This document shows, piece by piece, positions 9,344 through 18,704 of a stretch of DNA of 64,000 nt. Origin of the DNA: Patescibacteria group bacterium (GTDB taxonomy: Bacteria; Patescibacteriota; Patescibacteriia; UBA9570). Position numbers and translations under genes: made by a program. The notes beneath the pieces are model-generated. The model was not told where the DNA came from and did not search any database. It saw only the letters and a list, made by a program, of their open reading frames with translations. Location of the stretch: positions 8,705 through 72,704 of the forward strand of contig JBAZWO010000003.1 of assembly GCA_041660305.1 (NCBI GenBank), written 5' to 3'. The number at the start of each line of letters is the position of its first letter. Within the stretch, counting starts at the first letter, position 1.

Positions 9344-9946
9344 TTATGTTTCTGTAAGATTTTTTTCTATAAAACTTGTGATTGTATTTGCAATATCATC
9401 ACTAGAAATCCTCTTAGCAGCAATTGGTACAATAATCTCTTCTGCCAATTTTTGCCATAAATCTTTAGTTATCGCTCCTTTATAATCGCGCAATGCGTTA
9501 AGCTGAATATCTAGCCATTGGGTATTTGCAGTATTTTGTAGAAAATTTTTTTTGATAAATTCAAGTTGATGATATAAATGTTTTTTATGAAGATTCTGAC
9601 GTTTTGTTTCATGATGACGATACACATAACGTTGATATACAAGCAAAGACAATACCCCACTTAACGATAAAACTATACCTAATAAAATTGTATCTAATAA
9701 TTTACTAACTTCAGGAAACCATGGAATAGCCATTGCAAATTGAAAAGCAAAACTAATAATCAAAAGATGAAAACCAAGTAAAATAAACTTTTGGTCAGAT
9801 AATACATACTCTTTAAGATATGGATTATGACCAAAATACGTCCCTGTTTCATCCTCTATTTGTTGCTTTGATTTAATTAAGCCAAGGCTTAAGAAAATTG
9901 ACCCAATAAAACTAGTCGCAATACTAAATAAATTTAATAATTCCAT
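9344..9946 (-). CDS. Membrane protein (3 N-terminal TM helices + soluble C-terminal domain), last gene of the nuclease cluster
   Basis: Hydrophobic segments in residues 1-105. Its start lies 2 nt after the stop of the upstream gene. Confidence 0.5.
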   Translation of the reverse strand: MELLNLFSIATSFIGSIFLSLGLIKSKQQIEDETGTYFGHNPYLKEYVLSDQKFILLGFHLLIISFAFQFAMAIPWFPEVSKLLDTILLGIVLSLSGVLSLLVYQRYVYRHHETKRQNLHKKHLYHQLEFIKKNFLQNTANTQWLDIQLNALRDYKGAITKDLWQKLAEEIIVPIAAKRISSDDIANTITSFIEKNLTET

Positions 9947-9948
9947 AA

Positions 9949-10707
9949 TTAATTATTGTCAGGTAAGGGATTGAATTTATTTCGTAGTAAAGTATATCTT
10001 TGTACTTTTTGCTTTTGTCGAATAAATAATTCACTAGATAATAATAAACTAACAAAAAACGTAATAACATTCATTAATAATAAAAAAACTACAATACTCC
10101 AAATGGTGTTTGGTAAAAAGCTAAATAAATTTTTAGCTTCATCGAGTAATCCCATTAAATTTAATGCTTCCAAAACAACCACTGAACCAATAAGCGTATA
10201 AAGTATATAAACTGATAATAAGAGTAACTTATAAGCAATTTTGTAACGACACTTAACTGTTAAAATATAAACCCCTTTGTCGGTTATTTTAAATTTTGTT
10301 GCATCCCATAATATAGCACCAACTGCATGTCCTTCTTTGGTAAGAACGCATTGGTATTCTTTATCATTAGGAACATGTCTGGCAAAACCACGTTCCACTA
10401 AATTCATGAACACCCATTCTCTTTTGATATGCAACGATTGCAATTCATCATGTTTAATTAACCATTGTTCAAAGCGAGCAAAAGGGCTGCCTAATACTAG
10501 CGCCGTTTCACTCTTAATAGGATGGAATAAATGCTTATGACCTAAGTAGGACCAATACAGAATTTTCTTTTCAATTTGCCAAGTAGGATAAGCATCCTCT
10601 GTTCCATTCATCAATTGTAATTTTTCCTGGCGTTCCAACTTTAATAGCAATTCCAAATAGTGTAATCGAGTAAAAATGTTAGTATCTACTAGAGGTAAAG
10701 TAGGCAT
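9949..10707 (-). CDS. Membrane-anchored protein (soluble ~160-aa N-terminal domain + 2 C-terminal TM helices)
   Basis: TM segments LLLLSVYILYTLIGSVVVL and IWSIVVFLLLMNVITFFVSLLL. Its start lies 10 nt after the stop of the Mrr-like gene. Confidence 0.5.
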   Translation of the reverse strand: MPTLPLVDTNIFTRLHYLELLLKLERQEKLQLMNGTEDAYPTWQIEKKILYWSYLGHKHLFHPIKSETALVLGSPFARFEQWLIKHDELQSLHIKREWVFMNLVERGFARHVPNDKEYQCVLTKEGHAVGAILWDATKFKITDKGVYILTVKCRYKIAYKLLLLSVYILYTLIGSVVVLEALNLMGLLDEAKNLFSFLPNTIWSIVVFLLLMNVITFFVSLLLSSELFIRQKQKVQRYTLLRNKFNPLPDNN

Positions 10708-10717
10708 ACAGTATTAA

Positions 10718-12298
10718 CTAATAACTCACCGAAGACGCTGCTTTCTGCTTCTTCTGTAATTCAATCTTGAGTTGATAGCCATGTTTATTAAACATGTAAA
10801 TTAATTCTTCCCCATTAATCAGTTTGAGAGGTTTATTCTTAGCAAACTCTAAAGAATCTTTGCCATAGTAACTAGTCGTAATTAAAATACCTTTCACCGC
10901 TCCTTCATTATGGACCGTGCCAAATAAATCACGCACAGCACTGACTGGTACAATGTTATTATAACGTTTGGCTTGAATGACATATTTACCTCCGCGAATA
11001 GGGTCTTCATCAAAAGCAATAGCATCCACGCCGGCATCACGTGAAGCTTGAGTCACTTCCACCTTACAGCCTTCACGCGCAAACTCTTTTTGAATAAGGT
11101 CACGCACTAACACTTCAAATTGTTGCCAATCCATTGTGGCTAAGTTCGTAGAACTATCTAAGCCATCTAAAACATTATCGGCTGCTATAATACGCTTATC
11201 TTCGGTATTCATAACCATAATTGGCCGTACTGGCGCTAAATTCACTAGTGAGCCAGCAGATACACCTTTTAAGTGTTTAAAACATTCTTGTGGCACAATG
11301 CGTTCAAGATTGATTGCTTCAAATTCCTTGCGGTCAACTTGGACTGATAAAATACAATTTCTAAATTCTTGCCCAGTTTTTGGATTTACACCTTCTACCC
11401 AACCATTAAACACAATCAATTCTACTGTATGCTGATAATCAGACTCACACACTTCATGAATGGTACGAAGTGTAATTTGATATAAGACATCATTATAACA
11501 TGCCTCAAATTCTTTCTTCGTCATATCCTTTGATATAACCTCACGTTTAGCCGCCACATACTTATACGCTACCACATGAGGAATAACCTCACGATTCGGT
11601 AAATCCATATCTACTAATAGTACTTTGGCCTGAGGGTCATAATGCACCACTGGATATAAATTGAGTGCCTCTGGATATTTAGAACGTTCTAAGACCAAAT
11701 TAATATATTGCTCCACCCCTTCTTTGGTACCTGCTTCATACTGCTGTTGCATCGTTTTGAGCTTATCATTATGGACTTGTTGCTGTTTCAGATACTCTGC
11801 CTTCTCTCGCTCATACTCAGCTTGTCGCTTGGCCTCAGCTGCTTCATAGTCATGAATAGCTTTGTTATAGGCTGTAGTAGCGGCTTGTTCGGCTGCTACC
11901 CGTTTTGCTTTCACAAAGGGTAACACATCGAATAACCCCTTAGCAGGAACATCACCTTGAAATTGCTTGAGCGTAAGCTTGGGTTGTGGCTGGTATGTAC
12001 GAAATGGTGTGGTATCTACTAATTTGCTCCATTCTATCCTATCATCCACTGTTAACGTAGCTCGCAAAATACCACGATACGTCTCTAACTCCGCCATAGC
12101 CTGTTGAGTCCGTGTTTCCGCTTCTTCCACAGCTGCTTGCTTATTACGTTGGGCTCGCAACCGCTGATTTTGCTTCTCCCATAGAGCTTTACGTTTATCT
12201 AACTTTGCCTGAAAGGTATAAGGGTCGTTCGATTTAATGAGTACAGTTTCTTTCGTTAATTCATTAGTTAAAAGTTGTTGATAGCGAGCTTGGGACAT
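10718..12298 (-). CDS. Mrr_cat-type (PD-(D/E)xK) restriction-endonuclease-domain protein with an N-terminal coiled coil
   Basis: C-terminus WQQFEVLVRDLI...ASRDAGVDAIAFDED...GKYVIQAKRY...AVRDLFG...GILITTS matches the Mrr catalytic-domain pattern (D ... QxK). The N-terminal 200 aa is charged and Q/E/K/A-rich coiled coil. Confidence 0.75.
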   Translation of the reverse strand: MSQARYQQLLTNELTKETVLIKSNDPYTFQAKLDKRKALWEKQNQRLRAQRNKQAAVEEAETRTQQAMAELETYRGILRATLTVDDRIEWSKLVDTTPFRTYQPQPKLTLKQFQGDVPAKGLFDVLPFVKAKRVAAEQAATTAYNKAIHDYEAAEAKRQAEYEREKAEYLKQQQVHNDKLKTMQQQYEAGTKEGVEQYINLVLERSKYPEALNLYPVVHYDPQAKVLLVDMDLPNREVIPHVVAYKYVAAKREVISKDMTKKEFEACYNDVLYQITLRTIHEVCESDYQHTVELIVFNGWVEGVNPKTGQEFRNCILSVQVDRKEFEAINLERIVPQECFKHLKGVSAGSLVNLAPVRPIMVMNTEDKRIIAADNVLDGLDSSTNLATMDWQQFEVLVRDLIQKEFAREGCKVEVTQASRDAGVDAIAFDEDPIRGGKYVIQAKRYNNIVPVSAVRDLFGTVHNEGAVKGILITTSYYGKDSLEFAKNKPLKLINGEELIYMFNKHGYQLKIELQKKQKAASSVSY

Positions 12299-12392
12299 AG
12301 TAATAATAAGGGGTAATTTTTGGCTAATTTTGATTAGTTCTTACCATAGCAAATCACGACAAACTAGTCTAACTGAAATGTCTAACTGAAAT

Positions 12393-13406
12393 TTATCGAA
12401 TCACTATTCTTCCCCACTCATCATATGTTGCCACAGTGATATATGGGGATTTTTTAAAGCTATAAATTGGTGAATACCCAGGCTCAAAACGCATAGATTG
12501 CTCTGGCGTAACTTTATATTTTGTAACTAAAGTAAATTGATGAATAAATAGATTAAACATTTGTAAATACCCACACACTGAGCCACCCTCATTTCGTACT
12601 GCAACATTATATCCAGCATTCGACAGACGAATACGTTCTGTTTCATTACCCCAAAACGGACGACCAGTATGTGGATAATATGAAAGTGTACCTATACCAT
12701 ATCGAATGAATTGTCTCGCTGCATTCCATTCTTGTTTCATCACTTCATTATATCCAATGTAGTGAGCTGTAAAATTAAACAGAATTTTTGCAAAAGCCCG
12801 TTGCAGTCTTTTATTTATTTCTCCATAAATCCTTACATTCATTGAAGTGGTACCATCAAAGTGCAATGGTTCCATGTCCTGAGGTTTTTGAATATCAATG
12901 CCAACAGTTTTAAGCTTTGCAAGCAGTCTTGTTCTATCCGTATCTGAACCAAAAATTTTTGCCTCCTTAGGAGATAAATTTTTGCCTTTCCAATCTAAAT
13001 TTTCTAATTCTGGCTCTACAAAAATATTGTATTCATGAGTATATATATGTTTTAAATGCACTTGAGATATAGGAGTCATAATATTGCCAGTAGTGCCATC
13101 AATCCATAATAGAACTCCACCATATTCTCTCATTTCTGGAGTTTTTGGAGCACTAATCGCCATTGATTTTTGTCTTTGTGCTTCGCTAGAAAATATACCA
13201 TTGCGATACCGTGTAACACCTTCGAGACTTTCTCGCGCTAGAAAAAAATCTAATTCCTTTCCAAAATACGCATTGCATTTATCACATACGGTTGTAAGTG
13301 TTGGAGTAGCGTTTGCAAACGTCCCAAAACTTTGAGGTAAAACATGCTCAACACCAGTAAAATTTTTATGGTCAGCATCAAAGCAGTAAATACACTTAGC
13401 CATCAC
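12393..13406 (-). CDS. HNH-type (beta-beta-alpha-Me) nuclease-domain protein with a large uncharacterised C-terminal domain
   Basis: N-terminal CIYC-x17-EHVLPQSFG-x16-CDKCNAYFG, i.e. a CxxC...H...CxxCN zinc-finger HNH layout. Confidence 0.6.
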   Translation of the reverse strand: MMAKCIYCFDADHKNFTGVEHVLPQSFGTFANATPTLTTVCDKCNAYFGKELDFFLARESLEGVTRYRNGIFSSEAQRQKSMAISAPKTPEMREYGGVLLWIDGTTGNIMTPISQVHLKHIYTHEYNIFVEPELENLDWKGKNLSPKEAKIFGSDTDRTRLLAKLKTVGIDIQKPQDMEPLHFDGTTSMNVRIYGEINKRLQRAFAKILFNFTAHYIGYNEVMKQEWNAARQFIRYGIGTLSYYPHTGRPFWGNETERIRLSNAGYNVAVRNEGGSVCGYLQMFNLFIHQFTLVTKYKVTPEQSMRFEPGYSPIYSFKKSPYITVATYDEWGRIVIR

Positions 13407-13481
13407 TATTTTGGTTTACTTAATTAATACAGTGCTAAGTATACCACTACAGATTATAACATTCTATTCAATGCTATGACA

Positions 13482-13949
13482 TTATTCTTTACTCCAAATA
13501 ATCTTCCACATATTATCTTCGTAAGACAGCTTTATATTATGAGCACTGCTATTCTCTGAAATATTCGATACTAGTGGCATAACTGTAAATGTAATTGTGG
13601 CGTTCACTTCAGCCGATTGTTTATCCGAAGCAATATTAATATAATTATAACTTATCTCTTTTACGCCATTAACAAGATTGGCATCTTCTGTTTTGGCGTC
13701 AACATAATCTTTCTGACTAATATTACTTTTGGATGAAATATATTTATATGCTTCACCAAACTTACTACTACAAATCAAACTATAATAGTTGCTGATTGTT
13801 TCTTTAATTTGGTCTTCATTCGACGGTTGAGTCACGGTGTTTGTTTGGTTACTAGCAGGAGCGGTGGTGACAATGTTCGTAGCACAACCACTTGTCACGC
13901 TGGCCATAAGAAATAAGCTGAGAACAATGAAAATGTGTTTAGATTTCAT
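13482..13949 (-). CDS. Small lipoprotein
   Basis: Starting at the internal ATG at 13949 gives MKSKHIFIVLSLFLMASVTSGC, a signal peptide with a lipobox. That start is 5 nt after the upstream gene's stop. Confidence 0.55.
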   Translation of the reverse strand: MKSKHIFIVLSLFLMASVTSGCATNIVTTAPASNQTNTVTQPSNEDQIKETISNYYSLICSSKFGEAYKYISSKSNISQKDYVDAKTEDANLVNGVKEISYNYINIASDKQSAEVNATITFTVMPLVSNISENSSAHNIKLSYEDNMWKIIWSKE

Positions 13950-13953
13950 AATA

Positions 13954-14805
13954 TTAATATTTAATAGTAAATGTTTCATAATCAGACCAAACACTGCATG
14001 TTTGCAGATAACAGGCTTTGACATGAAATTTATAACGTTCGTTTTCTTTAAATGATGCGCGTAATAATGTTAGTTTGTTTTTTGTAACATTTTTAAATTT
14101 TTTTATTATCTTTCCTGCGTTATCAGCTATTTGAACTTTGTAATATTGACTATTCTCTACAGCATCCCAACTGAGTTTCACCTTACGTTCTGTAACCCAA
14201 GGAAAAAGATTATCTGGTGCATCTACATGATAAGCGTCACTTGCAATTAATGAAACTTCATCAATATAGCCGGATGTTGCCCACGGCCAAGTTTCTTTGG
14301 TAAAAAATTGTATCTTAACTGTTTGTCCGGCTAAGTCTCCATCAATATATGTACTAAATTGTGTCCAATCATAAGTTTTATCTTCGTTAGAACTCCAATA
14401 TTGAGAAAAGTATGTGGTATTTCCATCCAGTGATTCTACAGAAACCCCAAAAAAACCGTCATTAAGGCTATCGTCATCTTCCAAATAAAATTGATAAGCA
14501 AAATTTAATTGCAATGAATGCGTATTACTAGGCACAGTTACTGTCTGACTAAGTGTAACAAAATTATCCTCTAAAGAATCAAGCGGCGAAAGATAATAGT
14601 AATAATTACCGTTATAGGCTGTTTCATAGCTTATGGAAGACGTAGTTGAACAATAATCATTATAACCACATTCCCAACCAGCTGTGTCATTTTCAAAACC
14701 ACCATTGGTAATAATATTTGTAGTAGCTGCTCGTACAGTATGAGAACCACTAACTAACCATAATACAGTTAATACACCAACGCTTAATAATTTTATATGT
14801 TTCAT
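13954..14805 (-). CDS. Secreted protein: N-terminal jelly-roll/CBM-like region + C-terminal FN3-like domain
   Basis: Signal peptide MKHIKLLSVGVLTVLWLVSGSHTVRA. NGGFENDTAGWE motif. The C-terminal domain (KLSWDAVENSQYYKVQ...YKFHVKACYLQTCSVWSDY) is paralogous to the one in 19078-19626. Confidence 0.6.
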   Translation of the reverse strand: MKHIKLLSVGVLTVLWLVSGSHTVRAATTNIITNGGFENDTAGWECGYNDYCSTTSSISYETAYNGNYYYYLSPLDSLEDNFVTLSQTVTVPSNTHSLQLNFAYQFYLEDDDSLNDGFFGVSVESLDGNTTYFSQYWSSNEDKTYDWTQFSTYIDGDLAGQTVKIQFFTKETWPWATSGYIDEVSLIASDAYHVDAPDNLFPWVTERKVKLSWDAVENSQYYKVQIADNAGKIIKKFKNVTKNKLTLLRASFKENERYKFHVKACYLQTCSVWSDYETFTIKY

Positions 14806-14827
14806 AATAATGAAATAATGTTTAAAT

Positions 14828-14964
14828 AAAAAAGGACAACCCTACGGTTGTCTAGACCCAATCAGACAGGTTGTGCCCAATTGTTTTGTAGGATTGCCCA
14901 TTACTAAGCGCAACCCCAAACCCTTGATAAGAGGGCATAAATATTACCTGATTGAATCTAGACC
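14828..14964 (-). ncRNA. Candidate structured leader or small RNA upstream of the secreted-protein gene
   Basis: On the minus strand: a -35 TTGACG (14993-14998) and a -10 TAATAA (14971-14976). A ~16-18 bp helix pairs 14947-14964 with 14851-14870 and includes G-U pairs valid only for the minus-strand RNA. Then an intrinsic terminator (GACAACC-GTAG-GGTTGTC + U6, 14828-14853), 22 nt before the ATG at 14805. Confidence 0.3.
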
Positions 14965-15066
14965 TAGCTATTATTAACGTTTTAGAGAGTTCCGTCAATG
15001 GCAAGACGAAAATCGTTTTTTGCGATATACTAGAGCAAAATATAATGATAATGACGATGATAATTT

Positions 15067-16503
15067 ATGCTAGATTACCCCTCTATACTCAAAGAACTTA
15101 ATGCTTTACGTCAAAAGATTGAAGTAATAAATAAAAATACTCCATTTCAGGAAGTAGAGTATTTACTTGGAGTAAATTTGTTTCAATATATTTGTATTAC
15201 ACCTCCATTAAAAGAATTTTTTGAAAAGACTGCTCTGTATCGTTTACATTTTTTCGAGCGACCAGATTATTCAGAAAAACGCTCCAAAATAATAGCATTA
15301 ATACCACAGATTAATGCAGCGATTACTAATGCAGTAACACAGCATACTATTAATTTAGATGACTCTACTTATAGTGCAAAACAACACCCCTTTAGGGACC
15401 ATCCTGAAGAGAAAATATCAGCCCCTCAATTCATTACACTTATTAATAATGTTGCTAATTATCCTTTGAAGCCTATTGAGCCAATTGTAAATTATAATCT
15501 CGTACATTCTTATGAAACGAATCAAGCTTATGTTACACTGCGACATTTCAAACAATGCATTTATTTACAAGTACATAAACCATTTAAAAAAATATCTTCT
15601 TTTTTTGATAACATAGATTCACAATTAACTTTGTTATTAATGACACCAACCTCTGCCCCACACGAATTTAGTGATACCGCATATTATTCTCTTCCACCAA
15701 CCGTGATTAATTTAAAACAATTAATAGAACAGTACAAACGATTAATTGATGAACTTAATACTTTTGTTTTTACTACACCACGTGACTTGGGTGTAGAAAG
15801 TTTTGAATACCTACTTTACTTGCGTTATTTTTTGTCAGACGGACAATTACGTCCAAGCGATGAAGATGAGAAATTCATAGGTGGGAAAAACTCTTACGGT
15901 AAAGCTCGTTATCATGGATTACGTGTTGTTGAAGAACTACAAAAATATATTAAAGATTTAATCTATCAAGAAAAAATAAAATCCACGATGATTAATGTTG
16001 ATAAACGACTACCTTTACTTCAAAAGATGATTTATGCCTGCTGGGAAGACATAAGAATTGAATTTATTAACGATGATAAAATCATAATCTCTACAAGATT
16101 AGGCCAAAAAATTGAGTCTAACTACACAGCTTTGGGGTTTGTAAACCAAAACACAAAACGCCCTCACATACAGTGGGAACTTCTTAGAAATTTAGCAAAA
16201 TATGATGGTCAACTATGTTCATTTCACGATGAATTTAAAGAAAATACAAAATCTCAAAAATATGAACTGCAAAGAAAGTTGAAGAAAATTTTTGCACTGA
16301 AAGATATGCCGTTTGATGATTATAAAAAACAACAAGGATATTATACAAGATTTAGTCTAAAATATAATAAAAATTTTCAAAACGTTAACACCACAACCAT
16401 AAAATATGAAGAAGAAAAAGAAGATACTCTGGGTATTGCTGAAGCATATAATGAACAAGCTTACAGTGTTAATGTTAGAGAAAAAAATAATGTTGATGAT
16501 TGA
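15067..16503 (+). CDS. Hypothetical protein (478 aa, no recognisable domain)
   Basis: Long uninterrupted ORF followed by two hairpins. Confidence 0.45.
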   Translation: MLDYPSILKELNALRQKIEVINKNTPFQEVEYLLGVNLFQYICITPPLKEFFEKTALYRLHFFERPDYSEKRSKIIALIPQINAAITNAVTQHTINLDDSTYSAKQHPFRDHPEEKISAPQFITLINNVANYPLKPIEPIVNYNLVHSYETNQAYVTLRHFKQCIYLQVHKPFKKISSFFDNIDSQLTLLLMTPTSAPHEFSDTAYYSLPPTVINLKQLIEQYKRLIDELNTFVFTTPRDLGVESFEYLLYLRYFLSDGQLRPSDEDEKFIGGKNSYGKARYHGLRVVEELQKYIKDLIYQEKIKSTMINVDKRLPLLQKMIYACWEDIRIEFINDDKIIISTRLGQKIESNYTALGFVNQNTKRPHIQWELLRNLAKYDGQLCSFHDEFKENTKSQKYELQRKLKKIFALKDMPFDDYKKQQGYYTRFSLKYNKNFQNVNTTTIKYEEEKEDTLGIAEAYNEQAYSVNVREKNNVDD

Positions 16504-16548
16504 TTTTTGACCAGCCAAAATAGAGATTAGTTGGTCAAAATTAGAACA

Positions 16549-16577
16549 AAAAATACCTAAATTTAGGTATTTTTTTA
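16549..16577 (+). terminator. Rho-independent terminator
   Basis: An A-run, the perfect palindrome ATACCTAAATTTAGGTAT, then T7. It lies downstream of 15067-16503. Confidence 0.6.
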
Positions 16578-16718
16578 TTTTTGGGTCATTTTGACCTTAT
16601 AGGAGTAGGAACACTACTCCTATGCAAAATAAAACCGCCGAAGACACCTTAATCGAACTATTCTCAGACTTTGTACTGGAAGTGTTTTTATCTAACCAAA
16701 CTAACACACTAACTAATA

Positions 16719-16988
16719 ATGATTATGACTCAGCTACCTCGCCAAAACTTTCAAACGACTGATATGTATTTAGCAGTTTATTTGCTAGCCAAAGGTCATC
16801 CTCTACTTAATGTCACAGACGAACAACACCGCAAAGCATTTCATTTCCCTAATACCGACGAAGTGAACATTATTGCAAAAGCTTTTTTTGACGCAGCTGA
16901 TAATGACACAATCTTACTAGTTCCTGTACGCAAATTATTTATGAATCTCACGCGCTTAAAAAATAAAATTCACCAAGGAATTTATTAA
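16719..16988 (+). CDS. Small DUF5659-like protein
   Basis: TTDMYLAVYLLAKGHPLL...FHFPNTDE resembles the DUF5659 pattern as I recall it from phage and mobile-element contexts. Confidence 0.4.
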   Translation: MIMTQLPRQNFQTTDMYLAVYLLAKGHPLLNVTDEQHRKAFHFPNTDEVNIIAKAFFDAADNDTILLVPVRKLFMNLTRLKNKIHQGIY

Positions 16989-16989
16989 T

Positions 16990-17601
16990 ATGAACACACA
17001 ACAACTTCAAGCCACGCTCAGTGATATGGCCATGATTGAACAAGAACGAAAATGGAAACAATCTGTACCTAGTTGCTATGAACGTGAACACTATTTTGCA
17101 ACATTCCCAGAAGTGATTGAACTACTAAAGGATTTAATTAATATAGCTCAATCAGAACACACTACATTAGAAACCATTATTCGTCAGCAGTCAGTAGAAT
17201 TGGCAGCCGATAATTTAGATGATGTCTCGGAAGAATTTATAAAAACATGGTGGAAAGTTAAACGAGTAGCTCTCGATAGTAAAATTGCTCATTTAAAACA
17301 ACTGCTACCGATTACGCTACATAGTACTCAACCTAATTATCGTTTACCAAATGCGCTTATTGAACAAGCTAAAGCCATACCGATTCAAAATCTTATAACC
17401 GAACCAATTAAACAATATGGCGATAGATTAAAGAGCTGTTGCCCATTACATAACGAAAAAACCGCGTCATTCACTATCTATACATCTAAAAATACCTTCT
17501 ATTGCTTTGGTTGTAACAAGGGCGGTGATGTCATTGCTTTTGTACAGTTATTACACTCACTAACTTTTAGAGAAGCCGTGCAATATTTAATACCTAATTA
17601 A
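16990..17601 (+). CDS. CHC2 zinc-finger (DnaG-primase-type) protein
   Basis: C-terminal CCPLHNEKTASFTIY...FYCFGCNKGGDVIAFV is the CHC2 primase zinc-finger signature. Its start lies 1 nt after the previous stop. Confidence 0.7.
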   Translation: MNTQQLQATLSDMAMIEQERKWKQSVPSCYEREHYFATFPEVIELLKDLINIAQSEHTTLETIIRQQSVELAADNLDDVSEEFIKTWWKVKRVALDSKIAHLKQLLPITLHSTQPNYRLPNALIEQAKAIPIQNLITEPIKQYGDRLKSCCPLHNEKTASFTIYTSKNTFYCFGCNKGGDVIAFVQLLHSLTFREAVQYLIPN

Positions 17602-17624
17602 TCAAATTAATTTATTAATCTAAA

Positions 17625-18704
17625 ATGACTATGACAAAAGATTTATCAACAATTCCACATGAAATAGAAGCTATTTTCAAAAAATCAGAACTACCTAAAG
17701 AGCACTGGCCAATGATACCTATGGCCAAACTTGCAAAAAGACCATATAAACCAATTACATTTCTAGTAGAACATTTAATACCAGAACATAATGTAGTTCT
17801 GCTCACAGGTAACTCTACAGTAGGAAAAACTTGGATAGCTTTAAGTATTGGGCTTACCGTTGCCGCAGGTACTCCTCTATTTGGACAATTCAACACACAG
17901 AAAACCGGTGTTTGGTACATAGATAAAGAAAATGGTGAAAATGAAATGATACGCCGTCTTCTACGCCTGCAAGGTCCAGCAGAAATTTGGCAAAATCTTC
18001 CATTTACATTAACAAACGCAGATGATATATCATTCACTCCTGAAACTGTTGTCCCGCTTATTCAACAAGCAAAGCACAATAACATTGGCCTTATTATTTT
18101 TGACTCATTCAGCTCTTTCAATGATGATGACGAAAATAAAACCACCGAGATGCGCCAATTAATGGATATGTTTAAACTAATTAGAAATTCAGGCATTAGT
18201 GTAATTATTTTGCATCATAATCGTAAGGGAGGTACTTATGGTGGACCTTCTACAGACAAGATACGTGGAGCTTCGAGTATTTACAATTCAGTAGATGCGC
18301 ATATTGAAGTGCAGAAAATTAAAGATAAAGAAGACCATATTAAAATAACTCAAACAAAATTACGTTGCACACGAGAGTTTAAACCATTTGAAGTGAGCTT
18401 TAACGAAAATACACATTCTAATAATCGTATAGACTTACAATTTCAAGGCTTAGCTCAGCCTAAATCGGAAAAAAAGAAAAAACGAGATATAGTGACAGAG
18501 GGTATACTTGATATTCTTGCTCAAGAGCCAGTGGAGTTACCGATACAGGCATTATTGGATAAATTACAAGAGGTAGATATTGAGTGTACTAAAACAACGT
18601 TAAAAAAATATCTCCAAGCAATGACTGGTAAACAAATATCAACACGTGAAGATGGCAAAAAAAAATATTTCTCTTTATTACCAGCTGAACAAATAGAAAC
18701 GTAA
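17625..18704 (+). CDS. RecA-fold AAA_25/RepA-like ATPase (replication or primase-associated helicase-like)
   Basis: Walker A LLTGNSTVGKTW, Walker B LIIFDSF, and the sensor region ILHHNRKGG. Confidence 0.7.
   Translation: MTMTKDLSTIPHEIEAIFKKSELPKEHWPMIPMAKLAKRPYKPITFLVEHLIPEHNVVLLTGNSTVGKTWIALSIGLTVAAGTPLFGQFNTQKTGVWYIDKENGENEMIRRLLRLQGPAEIWQNLPFTLTNADDISFTPETVVPLIQQAKHNNIGLIIFDSFSSFNDDDENKTTEMRQLMDMFKLIRNSGISVIILHHNRKGGTYGGPSTDKIRGASSIYNSVDAHIEVQKIKDKEDHIKITQTKLRCTREFKPFEVSFNENTHSNNRIDLQFQGLAQPKSEKKKKRDIVTEGILDILAQEPVELPIQALLDKLQEVDIECTKTTLKKYLQAMTGKQISTREDGKKKYFSLLPAEQIET

Noticed and set aside
16622-16762. 46-aa ORF (MQNKTAEDTLIELFSDF...) upstream of and overlapping the DUF5659-like gene
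   Set aside because: It is short, overlaps the start of the next gene out of frame, and has no SD sequence or recognisable motif. There is not enough support.
17615-18037. 140-aa minus-strand ORF antisense to the RecA-like ATPase gene
   Set aside because: It lies entirely within the Walker A region of a convincing plus-strand gene. Its translation is Cys/Arg/Ser-rich with an RRRRRR run, which is typical of an antisense artefact.
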